Below, in pieces: positions 59,702-64,000 of a stretch of DNA of 64,000 nt (position 1 is its first letter; every line of letters starts with the position of its first letter). The position numbers and the translations under genes were made by a program. The stretch comes from Paecilomyces variotii (taxonomy: Eukaryota), in assembly GCA_004022145.1 (NCBI GenBank), contig RCNU01000012.1, one strand, 5' to 3'. Under the pieces are notes generated by a model. It was not told where the DNA came from. It saw only the letters and a list, made by a program, of their open reading frames with translations, and made no database searches.

Positions 59702-60515
59702 GTCGATCAGGAGGGCGAGGGGTAAGTCGCGAGAACGGGAGGACGATATCAAGACCGAGGAAAGCAAGCAAGCAAGCAAGCACAGTAGTTGTTGGTGCAA
59801 AGATGAGATCTGAAATTATTTTCACGTCCAGTCTTCCAGAAGTCGTCACTGAACCAGCCCGCTCAAGATCTGCAAAAAAGACTGCTGGGTGAAAGCCCTT
59901 ATATTATTCCGGCACGAGAACGCCATGGTGGGATTTTTGTAAGAGCTGGGCGACTCCACCACCCCTCAATATAATACTGGTAACTACCTAGGTAACTACG
60001 TACTACAGTAGGTCCTAAACCGCCCGCAAGATCCGACGGTCGTCCACCTTTCACCGGAACCTGTGCTGTGTGGGCTCGGTCTACCTTGGCAAGTTGGTGG
60101 GCAGTCCGTCCAGTTCATGCCCCATCTAATCAGATCATCTTATCAGATCCATGGCCGCTTGTTGGACCGTGTACAGACTTTTCGTTGGTGTAGAGCCTTG
60201 AACCAAGTGGGGGAGCCCATCCGATACCGGGCCTTTCTGTGATTTTCATACGGAGGATAGAAGAAAGAAATTAAAGGGCTTTTGTTAGACTGATAAGTTT
60301 GCCTCGTGATCCAGGACCCTGAAGTTTGAATCCGGTTATGCTGTCAATCCGAGCCTAATCCAGGGACTAGCTCCTTCAACGCCTATCAGACTGCAGTAGT
60401 GACAGATCTAAGCTTATCAGAATCGACTTTCAAACAACAATCCCACGCTGAATGCTGGACCTGTGTGAACGGCAGTGACAAATCCTATCACATCCGAGTT
60501 ACGGAGTGTAACATT

Positions 60516-60559
60516 AAAAAAAAAAAAAAGAAAAGAAAAGAAAAAGAAAAAGAAAAAGA
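60516..60559. repeat. Poly(A) followed by (AAAAG)n simple repeat
   Basis: Read directly from the sequence. Confidence 0.85.
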
Positions 60560-61563
60560 CGCGAAAGTGGTTTTATTGTTTAATTATTATTATCCAACCG
60601 TTTCCTACGCTCTAGGAGCCCGCGGGTTCCGAGCGGAAGAAGCCGCCGACAAGGTCGGATATATTATGTATTATGGTACAGTGTGGAGTGAAACCACCTC
60701 TATCTAGCTGGGCTCCTTTTCGTTTTTCCGAGCAGATATTTCAATGCTATTCTGTCTCTTTGAGCATCAGTGAACCATGACTCGATGTCTTATACTCTGG
60801 ACCTATTCAATTAAGCTACGTAGGATCTGCCTGCCCCGCACCCCAAGTTGCAATGCCGGCTTATAGCGGAGAAAAGGTTGTACAGTTACTACAATTATCA
60901 ATACAATGTTGATCTGAAGACGATCACTTAACCAGCTAGGAGCAGAAAGGCGCGCAATGGTTCTTTCAGTCTCCCCGTTACACAATTGATTAGTAACACA
61001 TAGACTGACTGACTACTTAACTAACTAACTATCCGGGATAGCAATATATGCTGACTGAAGTGACTTCTCATTTCGAGACCCTGAACATTTGGAACTGCCA
61101 ATTCACTTGACACCCCGCATGATTCTTCGACCCAGATAAAAACAATGTGTCTTCTTTTCTGACAAGGTGTCAGACAACGGCTGCTTTTCCAGAATCACAG
61201 GGTCCTGGCGTTGACTGGACTCTTATCGGTCTCGCGACGGGTGGTAGTTCTGGTAACTCTAACATCACCTGATAGATTTGATTGCCTTTCTAGATCACTC
61301 CCCGCACTGCTTATCCTCAATGATCTCCTGATGAACGCCGTATGCGTCATGATTTCGTTTGGGCAAACCTATAATTGGAGAGTTACTGGAACACAATCAT
61401 GCTATACAGCCTGCAAAAGAGATACCCCTCCCGATCATGCCATCAATGATTTCTCATAAGAGGAGAGAGTCGAACAACGTCTCTTCTGCCGATTTAGCAG
61501 ATGAGTTGTTACTTCATATACTCTATAAACAAACAATTTTGATCAAAGCAAGGATACCCCAGC

Positions 61564-63226
61564 ATGAGCGACCGTCCAAATCGATTACAGGCTAGACGTC
61601 AGGATGGAGAGCCAATTGACATCTGGATCATCGGCGGTGGAGTTGCGTCCCTAGCTGCTGCGGTTTTTCTGATCAAGGACGCCAATGTTCTCCCGACTCA
61701 TATACACATCTTCGATGTCCATCCCGCCCTGGGAGGCGGCCTTACGAGATACGGTGACCCCGAGAAGGGGTATGTGCTCCATCCGGGGCAGACTATCTCC
61801 TACCACGACAGCTGCGTTGAGAAGCTCCTCTTGCAGGTCCCGTCGACTCATCCAGGACCGACGCCATGGGATAAACAGTTGGTCCAAAAGGGAGAGGACA
61901 GACGGCACGCGCGTCGTTTGACTCGTGCCATCGCCGTAGGTCCGTCAGGTCCTGAGAGATTGGACTCACAGAGACTTGGCCTCAACCTCCAAGACAGACT
62001 CGGCCTCATCCGGATCATGCTGGAAAACGAGCAAGCTCTCAGCGGGAAGCGGATCTGGGAGCTTTTCGATGGAGACTTCTTTAACACCAAGTTCTGGATG
62101 ATCTGGTCGACGACGTGAGTCATCCCAACAACGTCAAGTCCGACGAGCACCGCTAACCCGGTTCTTCAGATTCACTTTTACGCCTCATCATAGTGCAGTT
62201 GAATTCCGACGTTATCTTCGCAAGTATCTCCACGATCTTGGAAATGGTGGAAAGTTGAGCGGACCAGACGAGATCCGCAACTCACAATACGAATCGATCA
62301 TACGGCCCGTCTCGAAATATCTCCAAGAAGAAGGCGTCGACTTCCGCCTCGGAGAACAGGTGGTCGATGTCTTGACCTACCCGGATAGCGACCCAACTAC
62401 TGTCTCAGAAATCAAGTTCCAGGGGGAAGATGGATCCGAAAAGATGGTCACCCTGGACCCATGCGACCTGGTCTTTGTGGCTCTGGGCTCGATTGGCTCT
62501 GGCTCTGTCATGGGAAATAACGACGCTGCTCCTGGACAACCATCTGTCAAAACCTCCGCAAACGAATGGTCCCTGTGGGATAAGCTTGCTGGAAGATCGA
62601 TCAAGTTCGGCAATCCATCCAATTTCTGTACTAACCCTGCCTATTCAACAGTGGGAAAATTTACCGTGACCTTATATGATCCTGAATTCTTTGATCTGAT
62701 CGCGGAGACCACGGGACTGGCGCCAGGATCTCAACCGGTCTTGTCATTGCCTAGAAGCAACTGGGATATCAGCCTGAATATCCCACTACAGCCAGTAATC
62801 AGTAGCCAGCCTGATACGGTCAAGGTATTCTCAGGATGGGCTTTACACCCGGAAAAGAATGGAAATCATATCAAAAAGCCTATGATGCAGTGTTCAGGTG
62901 CCGAAGTGTTGCAGGAAATACTCAAACACCTCAATTTCCCCGACACTATCCTCTCGCATGCAGTAACGATTCCCTGCATCAGTCCACTTGCCACATCGGC
63001 ATTGCTGCCCCGTTCTCACAACGAGCGCCCCGAAATCATTCCTCGTGATACAACCAACCTCGCACTGTTGGGTCAATTTGTGGAAATCCCCGACGAACCA
63101 TCGCTGACGATGGAATACAGTGTCCAGAGCGCGCAGTTGGCCGTGGACCATTTCATGGGCGTGAAAAAGGAGATTCGTAGGTCCTGGCGTAATCACTTTG
63201 TGGAAATGTTGGATTTGCTTACTTGA
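61564..63226 (+). CDS. Oleate hydratase / myosin-cross-reactive antigen family flavoprotein; intron 62115-62169
   Basis: WIIGGGVASLAAAVFLIKDA, FFNTKFWMIWSTTF..HSAVEFRRY, QYESIIRP, FGNPSNF, IKKPMMQCSGAEVLQE, NLALLGQFVEIP and TMEYSV. Confidence 0.9.
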
Positions 63227-64000
63227 GCCTTGAATATTGTTGTTGCCTTGGGTTGCGCGAGTTTGGCTTCAATCCAGGTGGAAAGGCCCACTCTGCTCAC
63301 ATGAAAGGGGACCATGATATCATATTGTTCTTAATGTCTACTACGGAGCTATCAATGTGTTTGCTATGATATGATAAGTATGAATGTTGTAACTAATCGA
63401 AAACAATGGGTTTTGCTTGCCGATGATGCCCTTCCTGGACAAGGTCAACAAATTCCCCGGAAACCACTAGAACGAGAGAACACAGGGTCTCCAGAAGCCC
63501 CCTGAAGTCATGATGCTTCTAGCCCAGAATTCCTTAGGACCCTTTGCGCGAAATACCAATCAGTCATGTTTATGGATTGAAGATAGATAAACCCCTCGTC
63601 TCGATTCTCATGATCGCCGCCATGGCCCTTATTGGTCGCTCACCGACAAAGCGACTAATAACAAGCTTATCCGCCGAAAAGAAACGAACAAACCAGACAC
63701 TTGAATACTTATGACAGCTTCACGCAGGGCGTACCCCAATCAAAAATACAAGGCTAGTTAGGGCCTGAGTCGATTGCCGTCGTTTCAAATGATATATGGA
63801 TCCCTGTCTACGTGGATGCGCGGGACTCGTTGCATGAAAATGCCCCGTTTTTCGCCAATACCGCCTTTCCATCTGGTTCATCTGGACCGTTGGACTGCAA
63901 AGGGTTGATGAAACGCCCGGACCAACATGTGCTGTGACTCGTACGGTGGCTTGCTCGTATTTAGGAATGTTTTATCATCGCTGCGCTGCTTCTTGGTGGT

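Noticed and set aside
60270-60345. GTTTGAATCC resembling a tRNA T-loop (also GGTTCGAG near 55447)
   Set aside because: No acceptor stem, D-arm or anticodon arm could be folded by eye. tRNAscan-SE would settle it.
1-64000. CRISPR arrays, rRNA, prokaryotic operons or a secondary-metabolite core gene
   Set aside because: The DNA is intron-containing fungal sequence with no spaced direct repeats, rRNA-like segments or PKS/NRPS/terpene synthase motifs.

Overview
This is eukaryotic DNA from a filamentous ascomycete. Short GT-AG introns with CTRAC branch sites and the protein sequences point to a Eurotiales fungus; the species cannot be fixed from sequence alone. The backbone is a housekeeping block: cmr1 (partial), a BUD2/CLA2-type RasGAP, atg9, a GH47 alpha-1,2-mannosidase, LDB17/SPIN90, an Scw11-like GH17 glucanase, lcbA, fks1 and a GH72 gel gene. 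From memory this order resembles the Aspergillus fks1 neighbourhood, which needs checking. Four likely accessory segments interrupt or follow it. (1) An intronless, apparently intact DIM-2-type C5 DNA methyltransferase between cmr1 and the RasGAP. (2) A ~4 kb mosaic with an amidohydrolase, two gene fragments and a PD-(D/E)xK-like ORF. (3) A convergent pair: a flavin amine oxidase ending in a PTS1 signal and a 17-exon APC permease. (4) After gel, an AT-rich tract and a Tc1/mariner relic with RIP-like mutations, then a divergent AIF/AMID-like oxidoreductase and oleate hydratase pair with a GATA/SreA-like site cluster between them. The best leads are the DIM-2 gene, the oxidoreductase/hydratase pair and the amine oxidase/permease pair. 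Exon boundaries were read by eye.
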